Under the pieces are notes generated by a model. That model ran no database searches. It was given only the letters and a program-made list of their open reading frames with translations, and was not told the DNA's origin. Shown piece by piece: positions 1 to 8,589 of a stretch of 64,000 nt of DNA. The translations under genes and the position numbers were made by a program. Each line of letters starts with the position of its first letter. Position 1 is the stretch's first letter. This DNA is from Candidatus Omnitrophota bacterium (lineage in GTDB: Bacteria; Omnitrophota; Omnitrophia; Omnitrophales; Aquincolibacteriaceae), in NCBI GenBank assembly GCA_022709525.1, contig JAKLIQ010000001.1:78709-142708 (forward strand). Direction: 5' to 3'.

Positions 1-640
1 AAGCGGTCTCCACAAGGAGGCGGCCGCGATCGTGCGCGATGCCATGAAAAAACACGGCAAGATCATTTTTAACGGGAACAATTATTCCGAAGAGTGGGTC
101 GCGGAGGCCAAGAAGCGCGGTTTGCCCAACATCAAGACGGGCGTCGAGGCCTTGGCGTCCATGGCGACCCCGGAAGCCGTGAAGCTTTTCGAGAAATACA
201 AAGTGCTCTCCAAAGGAGAGCTGCACGCGCGTTATGAGATCTACCTCGAGGGTTACGTGAAACATGTCAATATCGAGGCCCGGGCGGCGGTCCAGATGGT
301 AAAGCGCCAGTACCTGCCCGCGGTGATCGCCTTTACCAAGCATCTTGCCAAGGCGATCGCGCAGCTTAAAACGGCCGGCGTTTCCGCCAAGGTCCAAAAG
401 CAGCTTTTGTCCAGCGTGACCGAGCTTTTGGAATCGGCCAATGACAAACTCGAAGTCCTCGAAAGCTCGATCGAAAAAGCGCACGCGGTCAAAGACCTCA
501 TCAAACGCGCCGAGGCGTTTCGCGACAAAGTCGTAGTGGCTGCGAACGATCTTCGCAAGGATATCGACGCTCTTGAAGGTTTGACCCCGGCGGATCTCTG
601 GCCGGTGCCGACTTACGCGGAAATGCTTTTTAAGCTCTAA
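1..640 (+). CDS. glnN: C-terminal portion of a type III glutamine synthetase (GlnN-like); the 5' end lies outside the window
   Basis: The ORF is open from the window edge to a stop at 638-640. The C-terminal region (NGNNYSEEW...RGLPNIKT...YEIYLEGYVKHVNIEA) resembles the GSIII C-terminal extension as recalled. It lies next to amtB-glnK. Confidence 0.55.
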   Translation, partial: SGLHKEAAAIVRDAMKKHGKIIFNGNNYSEEWVAEAKKRGLPNIKTGVEALASMATPEAVKLFEKYKVLSKGELHARYEIYLEGYVKHVNIEARAAVQMVKRQYLPAVIAFTKHLAKAIAQLKTAGVSAKVQKQLLSSVTELLESANDKLEVLESSIEKAHAVKDLIKRAEAFRDKVVVAANDLRKDIDALEGLTPADLWPVPTYAEMLFKL

Positions 641-651
641 CTCTTAAAACG

Positions 652-701
652 CCAAAGCGGGTTCTCTCATCCTCGGGACGAACCCGCTTTGGGCGTCTTT
701 T
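652..701 (+). terminator. Rho-independent terminator after glnN
   Basis: Stem ccaaagcgggttc ... gaacccgctttgg is followed by tctttt. Confidence 0.55.
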
Positions 702-782
702 GATCTGCCAGACAAACCACTTTCCCACGGGCAGTCCGCTTTGTATACTGGGCGGGATTTTGCGCAAGGGGCGCGGGAGAAT

Positions 783-1178
783 ATGATGATCAGTACCGGG
801 GTCAAGGGTCTCGACCAGGTCATTACCGGATTGCGGCTTGGCGATAATGTTGTCTGGCAGATCGATGCCATTCACCATTACGCCGAGCTTGTGGCCTCCT
901 TCGTCCGGAGATCCCTTGAGGAAAAAAAGCGCGTCGTCTACATTCGCTTTGCCAACCATGAACCCCTCCTGAAAGAGGACGACAAGAGCGTTACGGTCTA
1001 TAAGCTGGACCCGCACGCGGGGTTTGAGCCCTTTTCCGCCCAGATCAACAGCATCGCCAAAAAGGAAGGCGAAGGCGTTTTTTACGTGTTCGATTGCCTT
1101 TCCGACCTCTTGTCCGCCTGGGCCAACGATCTCATGATCGGCAATTTCTTCAAGATCACCTGCCCCCTACCTCTATGA
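783..1178 (+). CDS. N-terminal part of a frameshifted gene: degenerate KaiC/RecA-like domain with no intact Walker A motif
   Basis: MMISTGVKGLDQVITGLRLGDNVVWQ resembles the KaiC/RadA N-terminal motif. The frame ends at a TGA immediately after a C5 run (1163-1167). The +1 frame then continues without a stop into the next ORF. Confidence 0.5.
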   Translation: MMISTGVKGLDQVITGLRLGDNVVWQIDAIHHYAELVASFVRRSLEEKKRVVYIRFANHEPLLKEDDKSVTVYKLDPHAGFEPFSAQINSIAKKEGEGVFYVFDCLSDLLSAWANDLMIGNFFKITCPLPL

Positions 1179-3372
1179 GCTTAACACCATCGCCTACTTT
1201 GGCATCTTGAGGAATCGCCACTCCTTTAAAACGGTCGCGCGCATTCGCGACACGACCCAGCTCTTGATCGATGTTTATCACTATCATGGCGATTGCTACG
1301 TCCATCTTCTGAAGGTCTGGAACCGCTATTCGCCGACCATGTTCCTGCCCCATATCCAGCAGAAAGAAAAGTTCGTTCCGATCGCCAACAGCGCCGACGC
1401 CGCAAAGGTCTTTTCCGAGATCTTCAAGAAAGGATCCAAAAGCGCGAAGAGGAATCTTGACTACTGGGACCAGCTTTTCCTTAAGGCCGAGGATCTCGCG
1501 GGATCCAAAGGCATTTCCCGCGACTCCAAAGAGCAGATGATGGACCAGCTTTGCCGTGTCATCCTGGCTCGGGACGAGAAGATGCTCGGCCTCGCCAAAG
1601 AGAACCTTACGCTTGAGGACCTTCTGAACATCAAAGCGAGGATGATCGGGACGGGATTCATCGGGGGAAAATCCGTCGGCATGCTGATCGCCCGAAGCAT
1701 TCTCGCCAGGGCAAAGTCCCTCGAGACCGAAAAACTCTTTGAGGCCCATGATTCCTTCTATATCGGTTCCGATGTTTTTTATACCTATATCGTCGAGAAC
1801 GGCCTGTGGAAGGATCATATGGCCCAGCGCACTCCGGAAGGTTTTTTTGAAAAAGCCGGAAAGCTCCATGAGAGACTTTTGACAGGGATTTTCCCCGAGG
1901 AGATCAAAGACCAGTTCCTGCAGATGATCGAATACTTCGGCCAGTCGCCCATCATCGTGCGCTCAAGCAGTCTTCTCGAGGACAGTTACGGGAACGCCTT
2001 TGCCGGGAAATATGAAAGCGTTTTTCTTGTCAATCAGGGTCCGCCGGAAGAACGGTACTCCAAATTTGTGGAGGCGGTCCGCCGCATTTACGCCTCCACC
2101 ATGAACCCGGATGCTTTGTCTTACCGTCTTCAACGCGGGCTGGACCAGATGGACGAGCAAATGGCGCTTCTCGTGCAGCGGGTTTCGGGCGCTTATCACA
2201 AAGATTACTTTTTCCCCGATGCCGCCGGCGTCGGGATCTCGCAAAACGTGTTCGTCTGGAAAAGAGGCCTCGACCCCAAGGCGGGCATGCTGCGCTTGGT
2301 GCTGGGTCTCGGGACGCGCGCGGTCAACCGGGTCGAGGGGGATTATCCGCGAGTCGTAGCGCTCGATGAACCGCTGCTCAAGGCCTACGACGGGATGGCC
2401 GCAACACAGAGGTTTTCGCAGCATGACGTCGATGTTCTGAATATCAAGGAAAATACACTGCAGACGGTCCCTTTCAGAAAACTGCTTAGAGAAAAGATCA
2501 ACGTGCCTTTGGATCTTTTCGCAATCAAGGACGAGGAGGTTGCGGAAAAATTGCGGGCGTCAGGATCCGACGAAGAACCCTGGATCATTACCTTTGACAA
2601 TCTGGTCTCCGAAACAAAGTTCGGCGCGACCATGCAAAAGATCCTCAAAACCCTTGAGGCGGCCTATGGCTATCCGGTGGATATCGAATTCACGGTCAAT
2701 TTTAAAAAAGACGGCGCGTTCCAGGTAAACCTGCTCCAATGCCGCCCGATGCAGACCAAAGGCCTGGGGCATCGCGTCAGGATCCCCAAGACGATCCCGA
2801 AGAACAGGATCGTTTTTCAATCCAAAGGGAATTTTCTTGGAGGGAACATCCTCCAGGCGATCGATAAGATCATCTATGTGGACCCAAAAGCTTATTGCGG
2901 TTTGGATACACAGTCGGAGCGCTATGACGTTGCGCGCGCTGTAGGAGAGCTTAACCGCAAGATCGAAAGCCGGGACAAGGCCGCCGTGATGCTTTTAGGC
3001 CCCGGCCGGTGGGGAACGACCACTCCCTCTCTCGGCGTCCCCGTTTCTTTTGCCGAGATCAACCATATCACGGTCCTCGGCGAGATCGCGTTCACGGCCG
3101 AGAACAATTGCCCCGAGATCTCCTTCGGGACCCATTTTTTCCAGGATCTGGTAGAGACCGGGATCTTCTATGTGGCGCTTTTCCCAGACGACCCCGGAGC
3201 GGGGGTGTCCATGGACCAAAAGTTTTTTGACGCTATCCCCAAAACCCTCCGGAAATTAGCGCCGGACTATAAAAAATACGAAGATGTTGTCAAAGTCTAC
3301 GATGTTAAAAAGAACGCCCTGAAGATCGCCGCCGACGTCCTGTCGCAAAAAGTCGTCTGCTATTTTGAATAA
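1165..3372 (+). CDS. PEP/pyruvate-binding (PPDK_N-like, PEP-utilizing enzyme family) protein; continuation of the preceding ORF after a frameshift
   Basis: FIGGKSVGMLIARSI resembles the GGKxxN motif of the PEP synthase / PPDK N-terminal nucleotide-binding domain. The 721-aa ORF begins without a stop in continuity with the upstream frame: ...ITCP|YLYELNTIAYFG. Confidence 0.45.
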   Translation, partial: PYLYELNTIAYFGILRNRHSFKTVARIRDTTQLLIDVYHYHGDCYVHLLKVWNRYSPTMFLPHIQQKEKFVPIANSADAAKVFSEIFKKGSKSAKRNLDYWDQLFLKAEDLAGSKGISRDSKEQMMDQLCRVILARDEKMLGLAKENLTLEDLLNIKARMIGTGFIGGKSVGMLIARSILARAKSLETEKLFEAHDSFYIGSDVFYTYIVENGLWKDHMAQRTPEGFFEKAGKLHERLLTGIFPEEIKDQFLQMIEYFGQSPIIVRSSSLLEDSYGNAFAGKYESVFLVNQGPPEERYSKFVEAVRRIYASTMNPDALSYRLQRGLDQMDEQMALLVQRVSGAYHKDYFFPDAAGVGISQNVFVWKRGLDPKAGMLRLVLGLGTRAVNRVEGDYPRVVALDEPLLKAYDGMAATQRFSQHDVDVLNIKENTLQTVPFRKLLREKINVPLDLFAIKDEEVAEKLRASGSDEEPWIITFDNLVSETKFGATMQKILKTLEAAYGYPVDIEFTVNFKKDGAFQVNLLQCRPMQTKGLGHRVRIPKTIPKNRIVFQSKGNFLGGNILQAIDKIIYVDPKAYCGLDTQSERYDVARAVGELNRKIESRDKAAVMLLGPGRWGTTTPSLGVPVSFAEINHITVLGEIAFTAENNCPEISFGTHFFQDLVETGIFYVALFPDDPGAGVSMDQKFFDAIPKTLRKLAPDYKKYEDVVKVYDVKKNALKIAADVLSQKVVCYFE

Positions 3373-3506
3373 AAAAAGCCGGCTTTTTCCGGCCCGCAAT
3401 ACCCGTTTTCCTCTTTAAGATCTTCTAACCCGCCTCTTTTCAAAAAGGCTATTTTTCCTCTACAAACCCAAGGATATTTTTGGCTAATCCTCTTGTCAGC
3501 TGAAGT

Positions 3507-3522
3507 TGGCATGGCTCTTGCA
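3507..3522 (+). promoter_or_regulatory. sigma54 (-24/-12) promoter upstream of amtB
   Basis: TGGCAT-N5-TTGCA is a near-perfect match to TGGCAC-N5-TTGCA. It lies 60 nt upstream of amtB, a nitrogen-regulated gene. Confidence 0.6.
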
Positions 3523-3584
3523 TATTTGTAGGCGATTTTTGCTATTAAAATAAAACTACAAAATTGTCATTTAATGGAGGAAAT

Positions 3585-4913
3585 ATGAAAAAAATGACAC
3601 TGCTTCTGAAAGGTATGGCCGCCATTTTTGCCATGATTGCTTTTCCCAAGATCCTGTTGGCCTCGGAGACAGCGCCACTTGCGGTGAACGGGGGGGATAC
3701 TGCATGGGTGCTGATCTCCGCGGGGCTTGTTTTTTTGATGACCCCCGGGCTCGCGTTCTTCTACGGCGGCTTGGTCCGTAAAAAGAACATGCTCTCGGTC
3801 CTCATGCAATGTTTCATGCTGATGTGTCTTATGACCTTGCAATGGGTCGTGATCGGCTACACGCTTTCCTTCGGCCCGGACGTTAAAGGAATGATCGGCA
3901 ATTTAAGCTGGGCGGGTCTGCATGGGGTTGGCGTAGAGCCCTTTGCCGATTATTCGGCCACGATCCCGCATCAAGCGTTCATGATCTTTCAGGCGATGTT
4001 CGCGATCATCACGCCAGGGCTTATTTTGGGCGCGTTCGCGGAACGCATGAAATTTTCCGCCTTTTGCGTCTTTTCACTTCTCTGGGCGACTTTTGTTTAC
4101 GATCCTGTTTGCCATTGGGTCTGGGGCGTGGGCGGTTTCTTGAGGAATTCAGGCGCTCTGGATTTTGCCGGCGGTACCGTCGTGCACATCAATGCCGGCA
4201 TCGCAGCGCTTGTCTGCGCCCTTGTGCTCGGTAAAAGAAAAGGTTATCCCGGACATATGTCGCCTCCACACAATCTTCCGTTCGCCGTATTGGGAGCGGG
4301 GTTGCTTTGGTTCGGCTGGTTCGGTTTCAACGGGGGAAGTTCGTTGGCCGCGAACGGCCTTGCGGCAAGCGCCCTTGTGGTGACCCACATTGCCGCTGCG
4401 GCCGCAGGACTTACCTGGTCGCTGCTGGAATGGAAGATCAGCTCAAAGCCGACCATGCTCGGCATGATCACGGGTGCGGTCGCGGGGTTAGTCGCGATCA
4501 CGCCGGCTGCGGGATTCGTCACACCGATCGATGCCATCTGGATCGGCGCCGGCGTTTCCCTGATCTGCTATTTCTTTGTCGCGGTGGTCAAAACCAAGCT
4601 GGGTTATGACGATTCGCTCGACGCTTTTGGCGTTCACGGTATCGGCGGCATCTGGGGCGCATTAGCCACAGGCCTTTGGGCCACCAAGACGGTCAATCCG
4701 GCCGGCAACGACGGCCTTTTTTACGGGAATCCGGGACTTTTTCTGATCCAGCTTAAAGCCGTGGCCGTGACGATCGTTTATTCATTCATTATTTCTTGGG
4801 TTCTCTTGAAGATCGTAGACGCCGTGATGGGTCTGCGCGTTTCGGAGGACGAAGAACGCATCGGGCTTGATCTTACGCAGCATCGTGAATCTGGTTACAC
4901 CATTCTGGATTAA
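3585..4913 (+). CDS. amtB: Ammonium transporter (Amt family)
   Basis: Multi-TM protein with Amt signature regions (AWVLISAGLVFLMTPGLAFFYGG..., HINAGIAAL...). GGAGG lies 7 nt before the ATG at 3585. It is followed by glnK. Confidence 0.9.
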   Translation: MKKMTLLLKGMAAIFAMIAFPKILLASETAPLAVNGGDTAWVLISAGLVFLMTPGLAFFYGGLVRKKNMLSVLMQCFMLMCLMTLQWVVIGYTLSFGPDVKGMIGNLSWAGLHGVGVEPFADYSATIPHQAFMIFQAMFAIITPGLILGAFAERMKFSAFCVFSLLWATFVYDPVCHWVWGVGGFLRNSGALDFAGGTVVHINAGIAALVCALVLGKRKGYPGHMSPPHNLPFAVLGAGLLWFGWFGFNGGSSLAANGLAASALVVTHIAAAAAGLTWSLLEWKISSKPTMLGMITGAVAGLVAITPAAGFVTPIDAIWIGAGVSLICYFFVAVVKTKLGYDDSLDAFGVHGIGGIWGALATGLWATKTVNPAGNDGLFYGNPGLFLIQLKAVAVTIVYSFIISWVLLKIVDAVMGLRVSEDEERIGLDLTQHRESGYTILD

Positions 4914-5014
4914 CCCCGTTAGAGATTTTTATATCTCGAAATGGGCTGTATGAAAATCGGCGTGAAAAAAATATAAAAATAATCCCGTAGGGACAGGTTA
5001 GATCTCTAACGGGG
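4914..5014 (+). promoter_or_regulatory. Perfect 13-bp inverted repeat (ccccgttagagat / atctctaacgggg) enclosing the amtB-glnK intergenic region
   Basis: The arms are at 4914-4926 and 5002-5014, separated by 75 nt. The right arm ends 2 nt before the glnK RBS aaaaggagg. Confidence 0.35.
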
Positions 5015-5030
5015 TAAAAGGAGGAAGACC

Positions 5031-5372
5031 ATGAAATACATTGTCGCAGTGATTCAGCCAGACCGGGTGGACGAGGTCCTCCGGATCCTTGAAGAAAAGG
5101 AGATCCATCTTGTGACGGTTTCGACTGTTCTCGGCCGGGGCCGGCAGAAGGGCATCTCGGAAGTTTACCGCGGCCACAAAGAAGGCGGCCGGCTTCTCAA
5201 GAAGGTTAAACTCGAGATCGCCGTCAACGAAGAATTTGTGAAAGCGACCGTGGACGCGATCAAGGAAGGCGCGCGGACCGGCCATGTCGGCGACGGAAAG
5301 ATCTTTGTTCTCGATCTCGCGGAATGTTTCCGCATCCGTACCGGCGAAACGGGAAAAGTCGCGATCGGATGA
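5031..5372 (+). CDS. glnK: Nitrogen regulatory protein P-II
   Basis: 112-aa P-II protein with the T-loop GRGRQKGISEVYRGHK, which includes the Tyr uridylylation site context. It lies downstream of amtB. Confidence 0.9.
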   Translation: MKYIVAVIQPDRVDEVLRILEEKEIHLVTVSTVLGRGRQKGISEVYRGHKEGGRLLKKVKLEIAVNEEFVKATVDAIKEGARTGHVGDGKIFVLDLAECFRIRTGETGKVAIG

Positions 5373-5409
5373 ACGATCCGATCTGAGATTCAAAAGGGAG
5401 GTAGCCCAT

Positions 5410-6723
5410 ATGAGGAATATACGAAGCGGTTTTTGGAGTTTTTGTTTGATCATGATGTATTTATCACCGGGGGTGGCGTTCGCCGAAGACAGTGAGATCG
5501 CCGCGCTGAAGGCGCAGATCGATACACTCACACGGAAGCTCGAGGCCATGGACAGCAAGATGATGACTATGGAAAAACCCGCTCCGGGAACGCAGGCGGT
5601 CTATATCCCGCCCGCGCCGGATGAAAAGAAAGGCTTCCTCCGCGCGATGGAGGACATCCAAATGGGCGGTTATGTGGAAGCCCAGTTCCAGAACAAAGTG
5701 GATCTGCCGCGTGGCACCGGCAATACGGGCCGTTCGCTGACCGATAAGGCCGCCGACACCTTCTCCATGAACGCGGCAAAGCTTTGGTTTGAAAAAGCCG
5801 CGAACCCGGAAGGCGGCGCCGGATTCCGTATCGATCTGATGATGGGAAGCGATGTGCAGTATTACTTCAACAATCTGACACGCGACAACGGAAGCACTTC
5901 CACCACGGCGTTCGCTTTTGAACAGGCCTATGTGCAATACATCGCGCCGCTTTGTTTCTGGTCCGACAGCAAGATCTTGCCGCATACGATCGACATCAAA
6001 GCCGGCCGGATGGTCACCTTGGCGGGCAATGAAGTGATCGAGGGGCCTTTTAACTGGAATATCAGCCGTTCGGTCTCTTTCGGTTACGCGATCCCGTTCA
6101 CGCATACCGGGGTGCGCGTTTCCTACAATCTCTTTAATGATTTCCTGACCGTTTATCACGGCGTCAATAACGGCTGGGATGTCGATGTCGACAATAACTC
6201 GTATAAAACGCTCGAGAACGCTTTCAGCTTCAGTCCATTCAAGAACACGAAGTGGACCACGGCGACCTATTTTGGTCCTGAAAATAATAACGCGAGCGGG
6301 GATAAGCGTTTCCTGGTCACGAACGTTCTCAGCTGGGACGCGACCGCAAAGCTCTCGTTTGTCGGAGAATTTGATTTCGGCAATCAAAACCGCGTCGACA
6401 CGGCCATGGATAATAATTTTGACACGGCTCAATGGTTTGATTATGCGGCCTATGCCCGCTACAAATTCACCGATAAGCTGGCCGCGGCTTACCGTTTCGA
6501 GCTCTTCGATGACAGCCGGCGTTACCGCAACTGGACCGGCGAGGGCGTGAACGGCGCTGCCCGGGACCTTGCGAATACGATCACGCTTGAGTACAAGCCT
6601 TACGAGAACATGATCGCGCGGGCGGAGTACCGGATCGATTACGCTCATGCCGACGACGGGCATGTGTTCGGCGGGAAACAACAGCAGAACACGCTCGGCG
6701 CTCAATTAAGCTACTTGTTCTAA
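5410..6723 (+). CDS. Outer-membrane beta-barrel porin-like protein with an N-terminal coiled-coil segment
   Basis: Signal peptide (MRNIRSGFWSFCLIMMYLSPGVAFA), then a coiled coil, then alternating amphipathic strands ending in a C-terminal ...LSYLF. RBS aagggagg precedes ATG 5410. It sits directly after glnK. Confidence 0.5.
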   Translation: MRNIRSGFWSFCLIMMYLSPGVAFAEDSEIAALKAQIDTLTRKLEAMDSKMMTMEKPAPGTQAVYIPPAPDEKKGFLRAMEDIQMGGYVEAQFQNKVDLPRGTGNTGRSLTDKAADTFSMNAAKLWFEKAANPEGGAGFRIDLMMGSDVQYYFNNLTRDNGSTSTTAFAFEQAYVQYIAPLCFWSDSKILPHTIDIKAGRMVTLAGNEVIEGPFNWNISRSVSFGYAIPFTHTGVRVSYNLFNDFLTVYHGVNNGWDVDVDNNSYKTLENAFSFSPFKNTKWTTATYFGPENNNASGDKRFLVTNVLSWDATAKLSFVGEFDFGNQNRVDTAMDNNFDTAQWFDYAAYARYKFTDKLAAAYRFELFDDSRRYRNWTGEGVNGAARDLANTITLEYKPYENMIARAEYRIDYAHADDGHVFGGKQQQNTLGAQLSYLF

Positions 6724-6783
6724 AGAAAGGTTTCGTCCCGGCCCAAGATCGCCTCCCCTGGTGATTCGAGAAGTACCCCTTCT

Positions 6784-6886
6784 CAGGGCCGGGTTTCTTT
6801 TTAAAGAGGATCAACAAAACCCGGACCAGTCCCAAACAACTTTGCTGAATATCGAAAGAGATTGGGGCAGGGCCGGGTTTCTTTTT
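6784..6886 (+). terminator. Two copies of the motif cagggccgggtttcttttt (6784-6802 and 6868-6886), forming terminator-like hairpins with the upstream sequence cccggccc/aaacccgg
   Basis: Direct 19-nt repeat of GC-rich sequence plus a T-tract downstream of the porin gene. Confidence 0.4.
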
Positions 6887-6938
6887 CATAAAATTTAATG
6901 TGGCTTTCCAAAAAGTTCGGTGCTAAATTATCCGCGCT

Positions 6939-7307
6939 ATGAAAAAGTCCCTCAAGGCGTTAACCGCGTTGGTTCTTCTTGCTATTTTTACCTTCCCGCT
7001 TTTTGCGGAAGAAGCAGAGATCCAAGCCGAAGGGACGCCGCAGCGGAAACTCCAACGCGGATTCCTCAATGTCGCCCTTTCACCGATCGAGATCTCCAAC
7101 GAACTTGCCAAAGAAGTCCGCAACGACACTTTTCCGCCGAGTTGGGTTGCGGGATTAGGACGCGGTGCGGTCTATACGGTGGGGCGGGCCTTAGTGGGAG
7201 TTTACGAAATGGTGACTTTTCCGCTGCCTTATCCGGCGAATTACAAGCCGGTCCTCCAGCCCGAATTTACCTGGCAACATTTACCTTCCGAAAAAGCTTC
7301 TTCATAA
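6939..7307 (+). CDS. Small secreted protein; paralog of the ORF at 36291-36671
   Basis: Signal peptide MKKSLKALTALVLLAIFTFPLFA. It shares the motifs KL.RG..N..LSP.E......GVYE..TFP.P.P..YKP...P with the second copy. Confidence 0.55.
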   Translation: MKKSLKALTALVLLAIFTFPLFAEEAEIQAEGTPQRKLQRGFLNVALSPIEISNELAKEVRNDTFPPSWVAGLGRGAVYTVGRALVGVYEMVTFPLPYPANYKPVLQPEFTWQHLPSEKASS

Positions 7308-7425
7308 AAAGGTAAATGTAGTCCTGATTTCCTCGAAGTTTTTTAGATAAGATCAGGGCAGCACTTGCCCGAAAGCAAGACTTGAGACGTCAGACCAGAG
7401 ACTGTAGACGAAAAAAATAAAAGTT

Positions 7426-8589
7426 TTAGCTGTGGCCTGTTGTCTGTGGTCTGCGGTCTAGGAAATCGAAGATTTCTTTTGCCGCCCGTCTGCTCGCGCC
7501 CTTTTCCCCGAGTTTTTCTTTCACCTCCCGGAACTCTTCTCTCATTTTTTCATGCAGTTCCGGGCTTCGGAGGAAGACGCGCGCTTCATGGGCGAGGGTT
7601 TCGGGGTGGGCGTCCTGCTGGATGAACTCCGGGACCACGCGGGTATCCGCAAGAAGGTTCACAAGGCCCAAGTAGGGGACTTTGATGAGGTATTTCCCGA
7701 GCAAATAGGTGGACCAACTTGCTTTGTAAAGGAGGAAGAACGGCGTTCCGATCAGCGTCGCCTCAAGCGTGGCGGTCCCGGAGGCCACGAACGCAAAATC
7801 CATAGCTTTGACCAGTTCATAGAACGGGGTTTCCGGGCATGTCACCTTTACGGGCGAGGCCTGGAGGAGCGTGTCATAGATTTCGGGGCGCACATTGGCT
7901 GATCTTGAAATAAAGAAAACCGTTTCGGGGATGTCTTTTTGGAGGTAGGAGGCGGCTTTCAGCATGACCGGGAGGATGCGCCGCACCTCTTTTTCCCTTG
8001 AGCCGGAAAAAAGCCCGATCGCCATTTGCTCTTGGGAGATCCCGAGTTGAGAACGCAAAACGGCCGCGTCGGGGAGTTCCGGGATCGCATCCAGCAGGGG
8101 ATGGCCCACGAATTTCACCGCGACGCCTTCCTTTTCATAAAAATCCTTTTCGAACGGCAAGATCACAAGCATCTCACGGATATGTTTTTTAACGATATGG
8201 ATCCTGCGTTTTCCCCAGGCCCAAAGTTGCGGGGAAATATAGTAAAGGACAGGAGCGTTCGCGGAGATCTTTTTAGCGAGCCGGAGGTTAAAGGCCGGGG
8301 AATCGATCAAGACGATGGCGTCGGGTTTTTCCTTCCGGATGTTCCGGATCGTTTCGTGGAAGATCTCGAGGTATTTGAAATAATTCCGGAGCACATCGCC
8401 CAGCCCCAGCGCGGAGATCTTTGTCATATCATGGAAGACCCGCATGCCGGCCGCTTGCATTTTGGCGCCGCCGACGCCGCAGAAAACGGTACCGGGAGCA
8501 AGTTTCCGGATCTCGGAGATCAAATGGGCGCCGTGGAGATCGCCGGATGCTTCACAAGCAACAAGGAAGATTTTTTTAGGAGCCGTCAT
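7426..8589 (-). CDS. lpxB: Lipid-A-disaccharide synthase
   Basis: N-terminus KIFLVACEASGDLHGAHLI plus overall LpxB-like length and motifs. Confidence 0.85.
   Translation of the reverse strand: MTAPKKIFLVACEASGDLHGAHLISEIRKLAPGTVFCGVGGAKMQAAGMRVFHDMTKISALGLGDVLRNYFKYLEIFHETIRNIRKEKPDAIVLIDSPAFNLRLAKKISANAPVLYYISPQLWAWGKRRIHIVKKHIREMLVILPFEKDFYEKEGVAVKFVGHPLLDAIPELPDAAVLRSQLGISQEQMAIGLFSGSREKEVRRILPVMLKAASYLQKDIPETVFFISRSANVRPEIYDTLLQASPVKVTCPETPFYELVKAMDFAFVASGTATLEATLIGTPFFLLYKASWSTYLLGKYLIKVPYLGLVNLLADTRVVPEFIQQDAHPETLAHEARVFLRSPELHEKMREEFREVKEKLGEKGASRRAAKEIFDFLDRRPQTTGHS

Noticed and set aside
5464-6705. 413-aa ORF on the minus strand
   Set aside because: It lies entirely antisense to the well-supported porin gene (signal peptide, beta-barrel, C-terminal F). 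It is a typical shadow ORF in GC-rich DNA with no RBS or motifs.
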